The notes beneath the pieces are model-generated. The model was not told the origin of the DNA and did not search any database. It saw nothing but the letters and a program-made list of their open reading frames with translations. From Chlamydiales bacterium (GTDB lineage: Bacteria; Chlamydiota; Chlamydiia; Chlamydiales; JBDQID01): DNA of 54,138 nt. The stretch covers positions 1 to 54,138 of the forward strand of contig JBLFWS010000003.1 in the NCBI GenBank assembly GCA_047611865.1, given 5' to 3'. Made by a program: the position numbers and the translations under genes. This document shows positions 11,776 through 22,695 of this stretch, in pieces. How positions within the stretch are numbered: position 1 is the first letter of the stretch; each line of letters starts with the position of its first letter.

Positions 11776-14367
11776 ATGTCGTATACGCAAAATGAAACGG
11801 TAGTACCACGCAATGTAGAAGATGAGATGAAAGAAAGTTATCTCCGCTACTCCATGTCTGTTATTATTTCTCGAGCTCTTCCTGATGTGCGCGATGGCTT
11901 GAAGCCTTCACAAAGACGCATTCTTTATGCCATGAGGCAACTGAACCTCGGACCACAGGGAAAACATCGTAAGTGTGCGAAAATCTGTGGTGATACGTCT
12001 GGAGACTATCACCCACACGGTGAAACGGTCATCTACCCAACACTTGTCAGAATGTCGCAAGAGTGGATGATGCGATACCAGCTTGTGGATGGACAAGGAA
12101 ACTTTGGTTCGGTTGATGGAGACCCTCCCGCTGCGATGCGTTATACGGAAGCACGTCTGAGGACGGCGGCAATGCGTCTGATGGAAGACCTGGACAAGGA
12201 TACAGTGGATCATATTCCAAACTATGATGAAACTAAAACGGAACCCGTTGTATTCCCCGCTAAATTTCCAAACCTTTTATGTAATGGATCTACTGGTATT
12301 GCTGTGGGTATGGCAACAAATATTCCTCCCCACAACTTAGTAGAGCTTGTAGACGCCATTCTATTAATACTCGATGATCCTCAGACGACTATTGATGAGA
12401 TCATGCAGGTTATGCCAGGTCCTGACTTTCCTACGGGCGGCTTGATTTGTGGATATCGTGGAATTAAAGAAGCTTACCATACAGGTCGGGGTAAACTGAC
12501 TCTGCGGGCACTGTGTGTCGTTGAGGATATGGATTCCTCCGGTGATCGTCAACGTATCATTGTCGATGAGATTCCCTACAATGTAAACAAGGCCCGTTTG
12601 ATAGAGCAGATTGCCAACCTTATTAATAATAAGGAAATAACGGGTATTGCTGACTTGCGAGATGAGTCAGACAAAGACGGACTCCGCATCGCTATCGAGT
12701 TGAAACGAGGTGAAGTATCTGATGTGGTACTTAACCAACTTTTCAAATACACCGATATGCAGATTACTTTCGGTTGTAATATGTTGGCTCTGGATAAAGG
12801 GCTGCCTCGTACCATGAATATTAAGCAGATGATGGTTGCCTGGGTAGATCACCGTATTGAAGTGGTCCGACGTAGAACTCGTTTTGAGTTGAAAAAAGCC
12901 GAAGATAGAGCTCATGTTCTGGAGGGTTACCTCAAAGCAATTGATAACCTTGATGAAATAGTAAGAATTATTCGTGCCAGCCCTAACAGAGTAGATGCTA
13001 AAGGCGATTTGGTAGGTTCTTTTGAGTTTTCGGAACGTCAAGCTAATGCGGTTCTGGACTTGCGATTGTACCAGCTTACAGGTATGGAGCAAGAGAAAAT
13101 TGATACGGAATACAAGGGTCTTCTAGATAGAATTGAGCACTATCGTGCTATTCTTGGTGATGAGTCTCTCGTACATAAGATTATTAAAGAAGAGCTTATG
13201 GAGTTGGTGAAAACTCATAAATCTGGACGTGCCTCGCAAATTATTGCTGCGGTAGAAGAAGGCATGTCGATGGAAGACCTCATTGCGAATGAGCCTGTTA
13301 TTATCACGATCTCAAACGATGACTATATCAAGAGAATGCCTACTGATACCTTCCGCGAACAGCGTAGGGGAGGCCATGGTGTTTCTGGAATGCACATGAA
13401 GAAAGAGGCCGATGTTCTCAAAGACCTTTATGTAGCGTCTACTCATGATTATTTAATGATTTTCACTAATATGGGTCGTTGTTATTGGTTGAAAGTTTGG
13501 CAGATTCCGGAAACAGGTCGCCGCTCCAAGGGTAAGCCTATTATCCAGTTCCTTGAAGATATCAGGGAAGGAGAGAAAGTTGCTACGGTATTGCGAGTGA
13601 GTAGCTTTGAGGCAGAGGGTTATATCCTTCTTGGTACAAAGCAAGGTATCGTGAAAAAGACTTTATTGGAAGCTTTCAGCAATCCTCGTCGAAAGGGAGT
13701 TTATGCTGTGACTATTGATGAAGGTGATGAAGTTATTGCAGCTCGCTTGGTAAAAAGTGGTGAGCAGGTAATGCTCTTTACCAGAAATGGTATGGCGGTT
13801 CGCTTTGATGAAAGTGGTGTACGACCTATGGGCCGAACAGCTAGGGGCGTTAAAGGTGTCAAGCTGAAAAATGAATCCGATGTTGTAGTAGGCTGCGTAG
13901 TAGTTCAACCAGAGCAAAGTATTCTTGTTGTTTGCGAGAGAGGTTTTGGCAAGAGGTCTCAAGTAGAAGAGTTCCGTCAAACCAAGCGTGGTGGTGTGGG
14001 TGTACGAGCTATTCGTACCACAGAACGTAATGGTCTGGTTTTGGGTGCTGTTGCAGCCACGAATGATGACGGGCTGCTCTTGATGTCAGAAGGTGGGCAG
14101 ACAGTAAGAATTCCAGTCGATGAAATTCGTATTATGGGGCGTGACACGCAAGGCGTGAAGTTGGTAAATCTTAAGAACGGTGATCTTCTTGTTGGCATGC
14201 AAAGGCTTGAAGGGATTGACGATGTGGTTTCCGAAACTACTGGTTCAGAAGACCCTGATGGTGAAAATCCGGACACGGAAAGTGAAGTTCTTACTGAAGA
14301 AGTCACAGCTGAAGAAGTTACAGCTGATGAAGTGCTAGTTGAAGAAGCTGGAAAGAGTGAGCTGTAA
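11776..14367 (+). CDS. gyrA: DNA gyrase subunit A
   Basis: RALPDVRDGLKP, YHPHG, AAMRYTE (catalytic Tyr), GyrA-box QRRGGHG and an acidic C-tail. Confidence 0.98.
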   Translation: MSYTQNETVVPRNVEDEMKESYLRYSMSVIISRALPDVRDGLKPSQRRILYAMRQLNLGPQGKHRKCAKICGDTSGDYHPHGETVIYPTLVRMSQEWMMRYQLVDGQGNFGSVDGDPPAAMRYTEARLRTAAMRLMEDLDKDTVDHIPNYDETKTEPVVFPAKFPNLLCNGSTGIAVGMATNIPPHNLVELVDAILLILDDPQTTIDEIMQVMPGPDFPTGGLICGYRGIKEAYHTGRGKLTLRALCVVEDMDSSGDRQRIIVDEIPYNVNKARLIEQIANLINNKEITGIADLRDESDKDGLRIAIELKRGEVSDVVLNQLFKYTDMQITFGCNMLALDKGLPRTMNIKQMMVAWVDHRIEVVRRRTRFELKKAEDRAHVLEGYLKAIDNLDEIVRIIRASPNRVDAKGDLVGSFEFSERQANAVLDLRLYQLTGMEQEKIDTEYKGLLDRIEHYRAILGDESLVHKIIKEELMELVKTHKSGRASQIIAAVEEGMSMEDLIANEPVIITISNDDYIKRMPTDTFREQRRGGHGVSGMHMKKEADVLKDLYVASTHDYLMIFTNMGRCYWLKVWQIPETGRRSKGKPIIQFLEDIREGEKVATVLRVSSFEAEGYILLGTKQGIVKKTLLEAFSNPRRKGVYAVTIDEGDEVIAARLVKSGEQVMLFTRNGMAVRFDESGVRPMGRTARGVKGVKLKNESDVVVGCVVVQPEQSILVVCERGFGKRSQVEEFRQTKRGGVGVRAIRTTERNGLVLGAVAATNDDGLLLMSEGGQTVRIPVDEIRIMGRDTQGVKLVNLKNGDLLVGMQRLEGIDDVVSETTGSEDPDGENPDTESEVLTEEVTAEEVTADEVLVEEAGKSEL

Positions 14368-14406
14368 TTAGCTCTTCTCTGTTGATAGAGCAACCCCGGG
14401 ATTTTT

Positions 14407-15057
14407 ATGTCAGGTCTATTTATTACTCTTGAAGGTGGAGAAGGTGCTGGTAAGACAACCTTGGCCCAAAAGTTGTACGATGAGTTGACAGGTCGTGGTT
14501 ACCGGGTGCTAAAAACTAGAGAACCCGGGGGAAGTCGACTCAGTGAACATATTAGGGAGTGGTTACTTCGGCGCGACAAGGAGATAAAGGTAGGGCTGAA
14601 TGCCGAGCTTCTGTTATTTCTGGCAGCACGGGTTCAGCATTTAGAAGAGCAGGTCCTGCCAGCTTTGGAATTTGGACATATAGTTTTATGTGACCGATAC
14701 CACGATTCGAGTATTGCCTATCAAGGGAAAGCTCGTGGGTTAGGTATGGATTATGTTGAACAAATGTGTACTATAGCCAGCGATAATTTATGGCCTGACC
14801 TGACTCTTTACCTAGATCTCTCTCCAGAGGTTGGTCTTTCACGTACACAGGTTGATGGGAAGTATATTTTGGATAGTATTGAGTCTGAAGCTTTGCATTT
14901 TCACCAACAGGTGCAAGAGGGTTTTCATATTCTGGCGCAACAAAATCCAGAGCGCATTCATACCATTGATGCACATGTTTCTCCTGAAGAGGTGTTTCAC
15001 CATGCGATGCAAAATATAGAGAAGGCGCTACCCCAGCTGTTGAAAGATGAACTCTGA
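14407..15057 (+). CDS. tmk: Thymidylate kinase
   Basis: EGGEGAGKTT P-loop, TREPGG and CDRY...SSIAYQG. Confidence 0.96.
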   Translation: MSGLFITLEGGEGAGKTTLAQKLYDELTGRGYRVLKTREPGGSRLSEHIREWLLRRDKEIKVGLNAELLLFLAARVQHLEEQVLPALEFGHIVLCDRYHDSSIAYQGKARGLGMDYVEQMCTIASDNLWPDLTLYLDLSPEVGLSRTQVDGKYILDSIESEALHFHQQVQEGFHILAQQNPERIHTIDAHVSPEEVFHHAMQNIEKALPQLLKDEL

Positions 15058-16168
15058 TCCTCAAGCTAGCCTGACTTTTGATGACCTTATTGGTAATGAT
15101 ATTGTTAAAGGCTATCTCGAAAGTATTTTGACTCAGGGAAAGCTGGGGAATTCTATATTGTTTTCTGGTCCTGAAGGGATTGGAAAGAGTCTGTTTGCAT
15201 ATGATTTTTCTACAAAGATTCTTTGTCAAGACGACCCTGAGGGCCATCATCTTCGTAAAGTAAAATCTGGGAATCATCCGGATATTCACGTTTGTTCTCC
15301 AGAAGGGAAAATAGGGATGCATAGCATTCGCTCTATGCGTCAGCTTGCTGAAGAGGTCTATATGCTTCCTAATGAGGGCAAGTGGAAGGTTTTCATCATT
15401 CACGATGCAGAAAGAATGCTGCCTACTAGCGCTAATGCTTTGTTGAAAACGTTTGAAGAGCCGGCTTCTCACAGTATTATCATTTTACTTTCAAGTTCAC
15501 CGGAAGCTTTATTACCAACGATTACTTCCCGCTGTCGAAAAGTACGTTTTCGGCCTGTCCTTGAGAAAGAAATTGAGATGTTTCTAAGAGATAAGAAACA
15601 AGTGCCACAGGAGGAAGCCAATCGTATTGCCCTCCAAGCGAGAGGATCTTTGGGACGAGCTATTCGTTTGTTGGAAAATGGTGAAGAAGCTACACGAAGT
15701 CGCCTATTAGACATTCTCGTTAAAGGTAGGATGAATTCATATTTCGAGCTTTCTAAAATTGCTTTGGAATTTGAAGAGGTTTTGGATGATCTCAAAAAAT
15801 CAGAAGATGATGAACTGCGACAACAGCTCAATCACGAGATGAAGGATTTATCGGCCATACAGCGTGAGGCAATTGAAAAGGAAATTGAAGGAGCTTTATC
15901 TTTGAAGAATATGACTGAAGCTGAAGGCTTTTTCGATATTATTCTTTCTTGGCATCGGGACTTGCACTTGGTTCAGTCTGGTGGGAATCCTCACTACCTG
16001 ATTCATAGAGATCGTCAAAAGGATATTATTGAATTCGCAAGTCAGTCGGATCTTCAACCTTTAGATCGTGTTATTGAGGCAATATCAGATACTAAACTTG
16101 CCTTGCAGCGTTCGATTAAATTCTCAGTTTGTTTCGAGAACTTATTTCTTAAACTCAATTATCTTTAA
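15047..16168 (+). CDS. holB: DNA polymerase III subunit delta'
   Basis: GPEGIGKS, NHPD, ANALLKTFEEP and LLPTITSRC; follows tmk. Confidence 0.93.
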   Translation: MNSDPQASLTFDDLIGNDIVKGYLESILTQGKLGNSILFSGPEGIGKSLFAYDFSTKILCQDDPEGHHLRKVKSGNHPDIHVCSPEGKIGMHSIRSMRQLAEEVYMLPNEGKWKVFIIHDAERMLPTSANALLKTFEEPASHSIIILLSSSPEALLPTITSRCRKVRFRPVLEKEIEMFLRDKKQVPQEEANRIALQARGSLGRAIRLLENGEEATRSRLLDILVKGRMNSYFELSKIALEFEEVLDDLKKSEDDELRQQLNHEMKDLSAIQREAIEKEIEGALSLKNMTEAEGFFDIILSWHRDLHLVQSGGNPHYLIHRDRQKDIIEFASQSDLQPLDRVIEAISDTKLALQRSIKFSVCFENLFLKLNYL

Positions 16169-16727
16169 TACTTCTATTGTCATCTTCTATTCAGAATAGA
16201 ACTCTTTATTCGTGAATCCTTGGTATACTTAAATGGCATATTCAAATGATTGTATAAGAATAAGTCCTTGATTATGTGCAGGAAGGGGCAGGAAAACTGA
16301 GAAAATCCACAAATAAAAACCACAGAGAGCATAGAGAAAGGAGTTAAGAAATTTAACCTTTGACTTCTTTTTGTAAGATCTTCAGATTGATGATGATATG
16401 AATCTTTGAACAATACGTTCGATGTACTTTAATCGCTGCACCAATAATTATATGACTTAAGTATCGGCTTCTTTCTCTGTTAGAACAGTAGGACCAGTGA
16501 ACCTAGTAGGTAGTAACTAAAGTTCTTTTGTATAATTTAATGATATAAATAGTTGCAAGTGTGCGATAAGTCCTTATTCGTGATGATACATTCCTTGTAA
16601 GGTTAAATCATTAAGTTGTGAAAAAATAAGCATTAACAGTATTAATAAAGGACTGTTTAATTTGTATTGTGATACAATTTATTTAATAAGAGGGGGCTTT
16701 GAATAATCAATAGTAATTGGTGTAATT

Positions 16728-19700
16728 ATGGTTTCAGCTGCTAACGAAAATAACACTAAACCCTCCATTCAATCGGAGCAGCAGTCGACTGTTCCATCGT
16801 CTAATTCAGAAAAAGACTTCGAAGTTACTAAAAAAGAGAATAATACACTAAAAAAACAAAGCCGTATAATTTTAAAAAAGCTAAGCCAATCAGAAAATAT
16901 TTTAATAGAAGATCGGGAATATGCAAGAGAACTTAGAGGAAAATTCGACACTCTGAAAAAAGAAAATAAAGAGTTAAAAAATACGAGGGAAAAAAATGTA
17001 TCAGAAAGGGATAAAGCTCTTGAAACAAGTAAATTACTTTATGTTAAAAACCAAACACTTAGTGAAAATAACAAAGTATTAAAAGAGGCTCTTAGCAAGG
17101 TAACGGAGCAGAGCAAAGGGTTAGATTTTCTACAGGGTGCACTGTCAAAGAAATTAAAGGAAAACCGCAGCATTACTGAAACCTTTAATAAAATGATGGT
17201 TAAGAAACAAACCGAGTTGGATACCGCAAAAAAACAATGCACTAAGCTTATTGCAATTGAGGGTACTCTTAAGGAAAAACTTACCAAGCAGAATGTAACA
17301 ATTAAAACATTACAAGCTGAAAAGGAGAGTCTTCAAAGTAAATGGGATAGTGAGAGTTTTGAAGAAGAAATCAGAAATCTAAGGGAAGATCTTGAAGATA
17401 AAAACTTAGAGACTAAAAAGTTGAAGAATTCGCTAAATGAAGAAATTACAAGGTTTAATGAGTGTGTAGCTGAAGAAGAATTTAAATCAAAATGCATGCA
17501 AGAGAAATTGAAAGATCAGTTGTCTCTTGGAGAGGAAGAAAATGAGACTCTAAAGCATCAAGTCTTAGCCTATGAAGAACAAATCAGAACGTTGAAGAAA
17601 GAAGAGAAGGCTTCCGTTCAGGAAAGAGAACAAGAGGATTACAGGTCAATAGAGGAAGAAAATAGAACTTATAAACAACAACTTAGCGACTATGAAGATC
17701 AAAATGAGACATTAAAAAAAGAGATGAAGGACATATTTGAGAAAAGGGACCAGGCTGATGTTCATGTTTTGCAAGAAGAAAATAGGTATTTAAGCGACAG
17801 GCTCGTTGCACTCGAAGATCAAATTGAGAAATTAGAAAATGACGCGAAAGTATATGGCCAAAGGAACTTGGAGACAGCTGATGAAACGGAAAAGTTTAAT
17901 CAGAAATTAAGTGATGTAAACGCTAATGTTTTCGACTTACAAAAGCAGAATGAAGATTGTAGAGATCGTATAATAGAAAAAAAACTTATTTTACAACGAA
18001 ATCAAGTGGATTACAAGTCGAGGTTAGAAAGAGATGAGTTACTGGGAAAAGTAATTCAAGATCTGGAAGAGAGTTTGCTTCAGGTTGTGGAAAGAGGAAA
18101 GGTTTTAGAAAAAGATTTAACGTTATTGCAAGTACAAAGCAGAAGTGCAACAAAGGAAAAGGAAGTTCTTACACTGGCACTTAGAGCCCAAAATATGGAT
18201 TTACATCGACAGTTGGATTGTGAGCTTTTAGATAAAAAAGACTTAATGAATCAAGTATCTCAAGGGAGACATTACCAGAAAGAAATCAATGAGAACTTAC
18301 TTGAGAAAGATTCATTAATTGAAAGCCTATCAAAGGATTTTGAGGAGCTAAGAAAAAGCCATATAAACTTTGAGCAGCTTAGTGTGGAAAAACAGAATGA
18401 AAATAGAAGCTTGCAAGAAGAAAAAAAAGAAATTATTAAAAAACTTGAGAAGGCAAAAGAAATTGCAAGTAAGTTTGAGGAAGACGTAGATGAGCTGAAA
18501 AATAAAAAAAAGGCTCTCAAGAAAAACCTGGAATTGGCGGAAACGAGACTTCTAGATGAAGAGGGAAATAATGAAAGATTTTCGCAGAAAATACAGGAGA
18601 ATAAGCAGCATTTAGCACAAAACGTTGAAATGATTTCAGAGCTTATGAGTAAAAAGAAGGATGTTGAAGAACACAATAAAAAATTACAGAAAGATAGTAG
18701 GGAATTAGGGAAACGTTATTTAAAACTGCAGGAAAATCTAAAGAAAGCGGAAGAGGAAAAAGGAAGAGTAGTAGAGCAGTTAATACAGGCGGTCAATGCT
18801 GAAGAGAAAACACGTAGTGAGGCTGAGCGGATACTGCAATTCCTTAATGAAACGAATGAAAAGAATACGGATTTTGAAAGACAGTTAAATGAGAGCAGTA
18901 AAAAAGTAGATAGCTTAGAGATTTATATCGGGAAAGTTGAAAAAGAGATTCAAGCTCTTCACGAACAAAAGCAAATCTTAGAAGATTATGTTCAGACTAT
19001 GGATTATAGAACTAAAGATTTGGAATTGCGACTGGATGAAAAGATAGGAGAGTGTGAGGCCAGAAAAGAGAAAAATAAGCTTCTGGAATCACAAGAAAAG
19101 TTACTTGAAGAAGAAAAAGAAAGGCTTCTGAAGACATCAGAAAAATTGAATGAGAAGATAGCAGAAAAAGAAATAGAGAGGGTGTCATTATTATCACAAA
19201 TAGACTCTCTAAATGCGACGGTGATAGATGATAAGAATGAGGCTGAAAAAAATAAAGGGCTTATCGAAAAGCTAAAGGATGATTTGAAGACAGAGGAAGA
19301 TTTTCGACAAAAGATTCAAATGAAAAATGAAGAATTCTCCATTGAGATTGTTGAATTAGAAGAATGCATAGATCTTCAAAGAGAACTTATAAGCGATGTA
19401 AGAAGGGAAAAAGAAGAGGTGAAAAGTTCTTGCAAAAGCCTTGAGAGTAAAGTGAAAAAATTTCAAAAGGACAATGATAAGAATTCGAAAGCGATACAGA
19501 GTTTCGAAAGCATAATTGAAGATCTCGAAGGAAAAATTCAAGAGTATATAAGCACAGAGAAAAGTCTAAGGGAGGAAAATCAAAGGTTTGAATCGGATCT
19601 ATATGATTGTGAAAAACAGCTGGAAGAGACTAGTGATTGCCTGAACTCAGTAAGTACCTCGATGGAAAGTCAGGTCCAGGCAAATGATTCTTTACGTGGT

Positions 19701-21287
19701 TTAATTGAGAAATTGGAAAAAGAAAAAATAGATCTGAATATTTCTAAACAAAAGATTTTTCAAGAGGGAGAAATACAGAAGCTGGAAGAGGAGTTGAAAG
19801 ATAAAGACCTTCAATATGAAAAATTGGAAGAAAGAAATAAGGTTTTTGAAGTAAAAGAAAAGCTGATAATTCAACAAAGAAACGAACTGGAAGGAGCACT
19901 AGATAAAATAAAAACAAAATTAGAAGAAAATGAAATTGAAAGGAAGTCACTGTTGACCTTGGTGGATTCAAAAAAAGAGACGATGACGGATGAGCAGATA
20001 CAGATGTCAAATAGTAAGGAAGCATTCGAAAAACTAAAGAACGCTCTACAGATACAGAAAAGGTCTCGCATACAGCTTCAAAAACAAAATGAGGAAATGT
20101 CTAAAAAAATCATAGAGGTGGATGAATGGCGTAAGCTACAAAAAGAGGTCATCATTGACGGAAAAAGGGATCATAAGCAATTGAAATTTGCCTACAAGGA
20201 TCTGGAAAGTGAAGCGGAAAAATTGAAAAATGAGAACGAGAAGAAAACAGAAACCGTTCAGAACCTCGAATTGAAACTTGATGGTTATGTGATCACAGAA
20301 AGAAGTCTCACAGAGAGTCTTCAGAAGACAGAGGTGGAACTATCAGATTGTGAAAAGCAGTTGAATGCTACAAGTGAAATCCTGAAGTCAATGAGTGCTT
20401 CTATGGAAAGTCAAGTACAAGCAAATGAATCTTTGAGAGCATTATTTGAGGGATTGCAAGTTGATAATGAGGTTGAGGGGCTAGTTAAACAAAAGCAATT
20501 ACTAGAAGGGAAAATACAGAAATTGGAAAAGGAATTAATAGATAAAAATAGTCACGATTCAACTTCGGAAGATGAAAACGAAATTCAGGAATCTAGAGAA
20601 AAGAGCTTGATTGAGGAAAATAAGAACTTAATGAAAGCCTTGAATAAAGTAAATTCGGAAATTGAAGAAAAGGAAGCAGATGTAAAATTGCTATCTGCCA
20701 AAATTGACTCAATAAGAGCAACGATGACAGATGAACAAGTTGAGACAGAAAATAGTAAAGAGATTGTCGATAAACTAAGTAAGGCTTTGATACATCAGAA
20801 AAGGTCTCGAATTTTGCTTCAAAAGCAAAATGAGGAAATGTCAAAGAAAGTTGTAGAAGTGGATGAGTGGCGAGAACTGCAAAGAGAAGTTATAAAAGAC
20901 GAGAGAAGGGAAATCAATCAATTGACTTTTACTTGTAAAGGTCTCGAAGAAGAAGTAAAAGACAAGCAAATCGAAAACGATAAAAAGTCAAAGAGCGTTC
21001 AATCTCTCGAAGCGGAGATTCAAGGTCGTATGATTGCGGAAAAAGAACTTAGAGGAAAAATTCAGAATATTGAAGTGTATATACAAAAATGTGAGCGAGA
21101 ATTGAAAGAAAGCACCGTGAGCTTGACATCGTTAAGTTCTTCTATGGATAGTCAGGTCCAAGCTAATGAATCTCTGCGTGGACTTGTGGAGAAGTTGCAA
21201 GAAGAAAAAGGTCAACTTCAGAGCTTGTTAGAATCTCAAAGTTTAATTTACAAAGCATCAATAGAAAAGGAAAAGGCTTCCAAATGA
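16728..21287 (+). CDS. Giant coiled-coil protein (1519 aa) with three ~247-aa C-terminal repeats
   Basis: E/K/L/Q-rich heptad-like sequence. SM(E/D)SQVQAN(D/E)SLR recurs with its Met codon at 19662, 20403 and 21144. Confidence 0.85.
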   Translation: MVSAANENNTKPSIQSEQQSTVPSSNSEKDFEVTKKENNTLKKQSRIILKKLSQSENILIEDREYARELRGKFDTLKKENKELKNTREKNVSERDKALETSKLLYVKNQTLSENNKVLKEALSKVTEQSKGLDFLQGALSKKLKENRSITETFNKMMVKKQTELDTAKKQCTKLIAIEGTLKEKLTKQNVTIKTLQAEKESLQSKWDSESFEEEIRNLREDLEDKNLETKKLKNSLNEEITRFNECVAEEEFKSKCMQEKLKDQLSLGEEENETLKHQVLAYEEQIRTLKKEEKASVQEREQEDYRSIEEENRTYKQQLSDYEDQNETLKKEMKDIFEKRDQADVHVLQEENRYLSDRLVALEDQIEKLENDAKVYGQRNLETADETEKFNQKLSDVNANVFDLQKQNEDCRDRIIEKKLILQRNQVDYKSRLERDELLGKVIQDLEESLLQVVERGKVLEKDLTLLQVQSRSATKEKEVLTLALRAQNMDLHRQLDCELLDKKDLMNQVSQGRHYQKEINENLLEKDSLIESLSKDFEELRKSHINFEQLSVEKQNENRSLQEEKKEIIKKLEKAKEIASKFEEDVDELKNKKKALKKNLELAETRLLDEEGNNERFSQKIQENKQHLAQNVEMISELMSKKKDVEEHNKKLQKDSRELGKRYLKLQENLKKAEEEKGRVVEQLIQAVNAEEKTRSEAERILQFLNETNEKNTDFERQLNESSKKVDSLEIYIGKVEKEIQALHEQKQILEDYVQTMDYRTKDLELRLDEKIGECEARKEKNKLLESQEKLLEEEKERLLKTSEKLNEKIAEKEIERVSLLSQIDSLNATVIDDKNEAEKNKGLIEKLKDDLKTEEDFRQKIQMKNEEFSIEIVELEECIDLQRELISDVRREKEEVKSSCKSLESKVKKFQKDNDKNSKAIQSFESIIEDLEGKIQEYISTEKSLREENQRFESDLYDCEKQLEETSDCLNSVSTSMESQVQANDSLRGLIEKLEKEKIDLNISKQKIFQEGEIQKLEEELKDKDLQYEKLEERNKVFEVKEKLIIQQRNELEGALDKIKTKLEENEIERKSLLTLVDSKKETMTDEQIQMSNSKEAFEKLKNALQIQKRSRIQLQKQNEEMSKKIIEVDEWRKLQKEVIIDGKRDHKQLKFAYKDLESEAEKLKNENEKKTETVQNLELKLDGYVITERSLTESLQKTEVELSDCEKQLNATSEILKSMSASMESQVQANESLRALFEGLQVDNEVEGLVKQKQLLEGKIQKLEKELIDKNSHDSTSEDENEIQESREKSLIEENKNLMKALNKVNSEIEEKEADVKLLSAKIDSIRATMTDEQVETENSKEIVDKLSKALIHQKRSRILLQKQNEEMSKKVVEVDEWRELQREVIKDERREINQLTFTCKGLEEEVKDKQIENDKKSKSVQSLEAEIQGRMIAEKELRGKIQNIEVYIQKCERELKESTVSLTSLSSSMDSQVQANESLRGLVEKLQEEKGQLQSLLESQSLIYKASIEKEKASK

Positions 21288-21295
21288 TGGAAGGC

Positions 21296-22634
21296 GAGAC
21301 TGTGCGTTTAACTGTGTAAACCTCATATTACGCGCACTCAATTGAGGTAACGCGATCGCCAAAAATAATGGCTAATGAAGAGAAGATTTCTTTCCATCCA
21401 TTTACTCGCTTTCTCTTAGCATCAATATCTCGAACTGCCAAGTACAACATTTTAAACAATGAGCCCTTTGTTGGCAATGCCCCTTTAGCCTTAGTGACTT
21501 TGCGCATTTGACGGTTAAGAGCCTCCACTGCATTGGTGGTGTATATAAGTTTTCTTAAAACTGCTGGATACTGGAAGTATGTACATATGCGATCCCAGTT
21601 ATTCACCCAAGAGGCGACAGCGTGAGGATACTTACCACCCCATTTCTCTTCCAAGGTATTGAGCTTTTCTCTGGCCACTTTTTCGCTCGGGGCTTGATAA
21701 ACACTTTTTAGATCCGATAGAAATTCCTTGTATCGATTAGTAGGAATATACTTCAAAGAGTTGCGAATCTGGTGAACAACACAGAGTTGAATAGATACCT
21801 GCGGAAACATCCTCTCTATTGCTTCTGGAAGCCCTTTAAGCCCATCCATACAAGCAATCAGAATATCCTTAACACCTCTTTGCTGTAGATCAGCACAAAC
21901 TCCCAGCCAGAATTTAGCACCTTCACGTTCGCCAATCCACAGGCCTAAAATTTCACGGTCAACCTGACTCGTAATACCGTAGCAGGAGTAAACTGCTTTA
22001 GTTATAATAACGCCATCTTCTCTGACTTTGAAGTGTACTGCATCGAAGTAGACGACAGCGTAAAGACTCTTGAGAATACGCGAATGCCACTCATTAGCTT
22101 CCTCAATGACCTTATTAGTTATCGAGGAAATAGTGCTCGGCGAAATCTCTGCACCATACAACGATTGAATATGTTCCTGAATATCTCTAACACTCATTCC
22201 TTTGGCCTACATCGAAATAATCTTCTCATCAAAAGAAGAAATTTCGCTTGTTCGCTTCGGTACTAGTTTGGGAGAAAAGGTACCATTTCTATCACGAGTT
22301 ATTTTGATCTCCAGGTCTCCATAAGAGGAGCGTACTGATTTGGTGCTTTTTCCGTTACGGGAGTTGCCCGAATGATTACCTATAGGTGAATGCTTTTCAT
22401 ATCCAAGATGGCCCCCCATCTCGGTTTCGAGCATGTTTTCTATCGCACTACCCAGAAGTCGTTGAACCAGGCCATTTTTCCCGGTAAGGTCTTCCATTGT
22501 TGTGCACTTACTAATTTCCGCCTCTAAATCAATCTTAGATGAAGTCATTTCAATTCCTGTGTAAAAAATGTTTAATTTTGGATCACTTTATAGGTGATCC
22601 AAATTTACGTTTACACAGTTTTCTGCACAGAACC
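21296..22634 (-). mobile_element. IS256-family insertion sequence
   Basis: 26-bp imperfect TIRs (19/26, sharing AACTGTGTAAAC). The 8-bp flanks TGGAAGGC (21288-21295) and TCGAAGGC (22635-22642) match 7/8. Confidence 0.92.
21328..22548 (-). pseudogene. IS256 transposase with an in-frame nonsense codon
   Basis: NSRNG, ISM*AKGMSVRDI (TAG at 22207-22209 where Tyr is usual), YFDA, CMDGLKG, CVVH and YTTNAVE. Confidence 0.92.
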
Positions 22635-22648
22635 TCGAAGGCTTAAGT

Positions 22649-22695
22649 TATACCACAGCCGGTCCAAATCCAAGTTTGTGGCCGAGTGTGGTATA
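22649..22695. repeat. Short palindrome, TATACC...GGTATA family, copy 2
   Basis: Perfect 9-bp outer stem TATACCACA/TGTGGTATA plus an inner stem; immediately downstream of the amtB stop. Confidence 0.7.

Noticed and set aside
14296-14345. EEVTA-type micro-repeats in the gyrA tail
   Set aside because: Acidic low-complexity tails are normal for GyrA.
14771-15472. 233-aa antisense ORF over tmk/holB, and the many other short antisense ORFs in the track
   Set aside because: They are shadows of well-conserved genes, with no independent motifs.
16250-16590. dif/Xer-like motifs (ATAAGTCCTT twice; CTGCACATAA arm on the minus strand)
   Set aside because: There is no convincing XerD arm (TTATGTTAAAT) at the right spacing.
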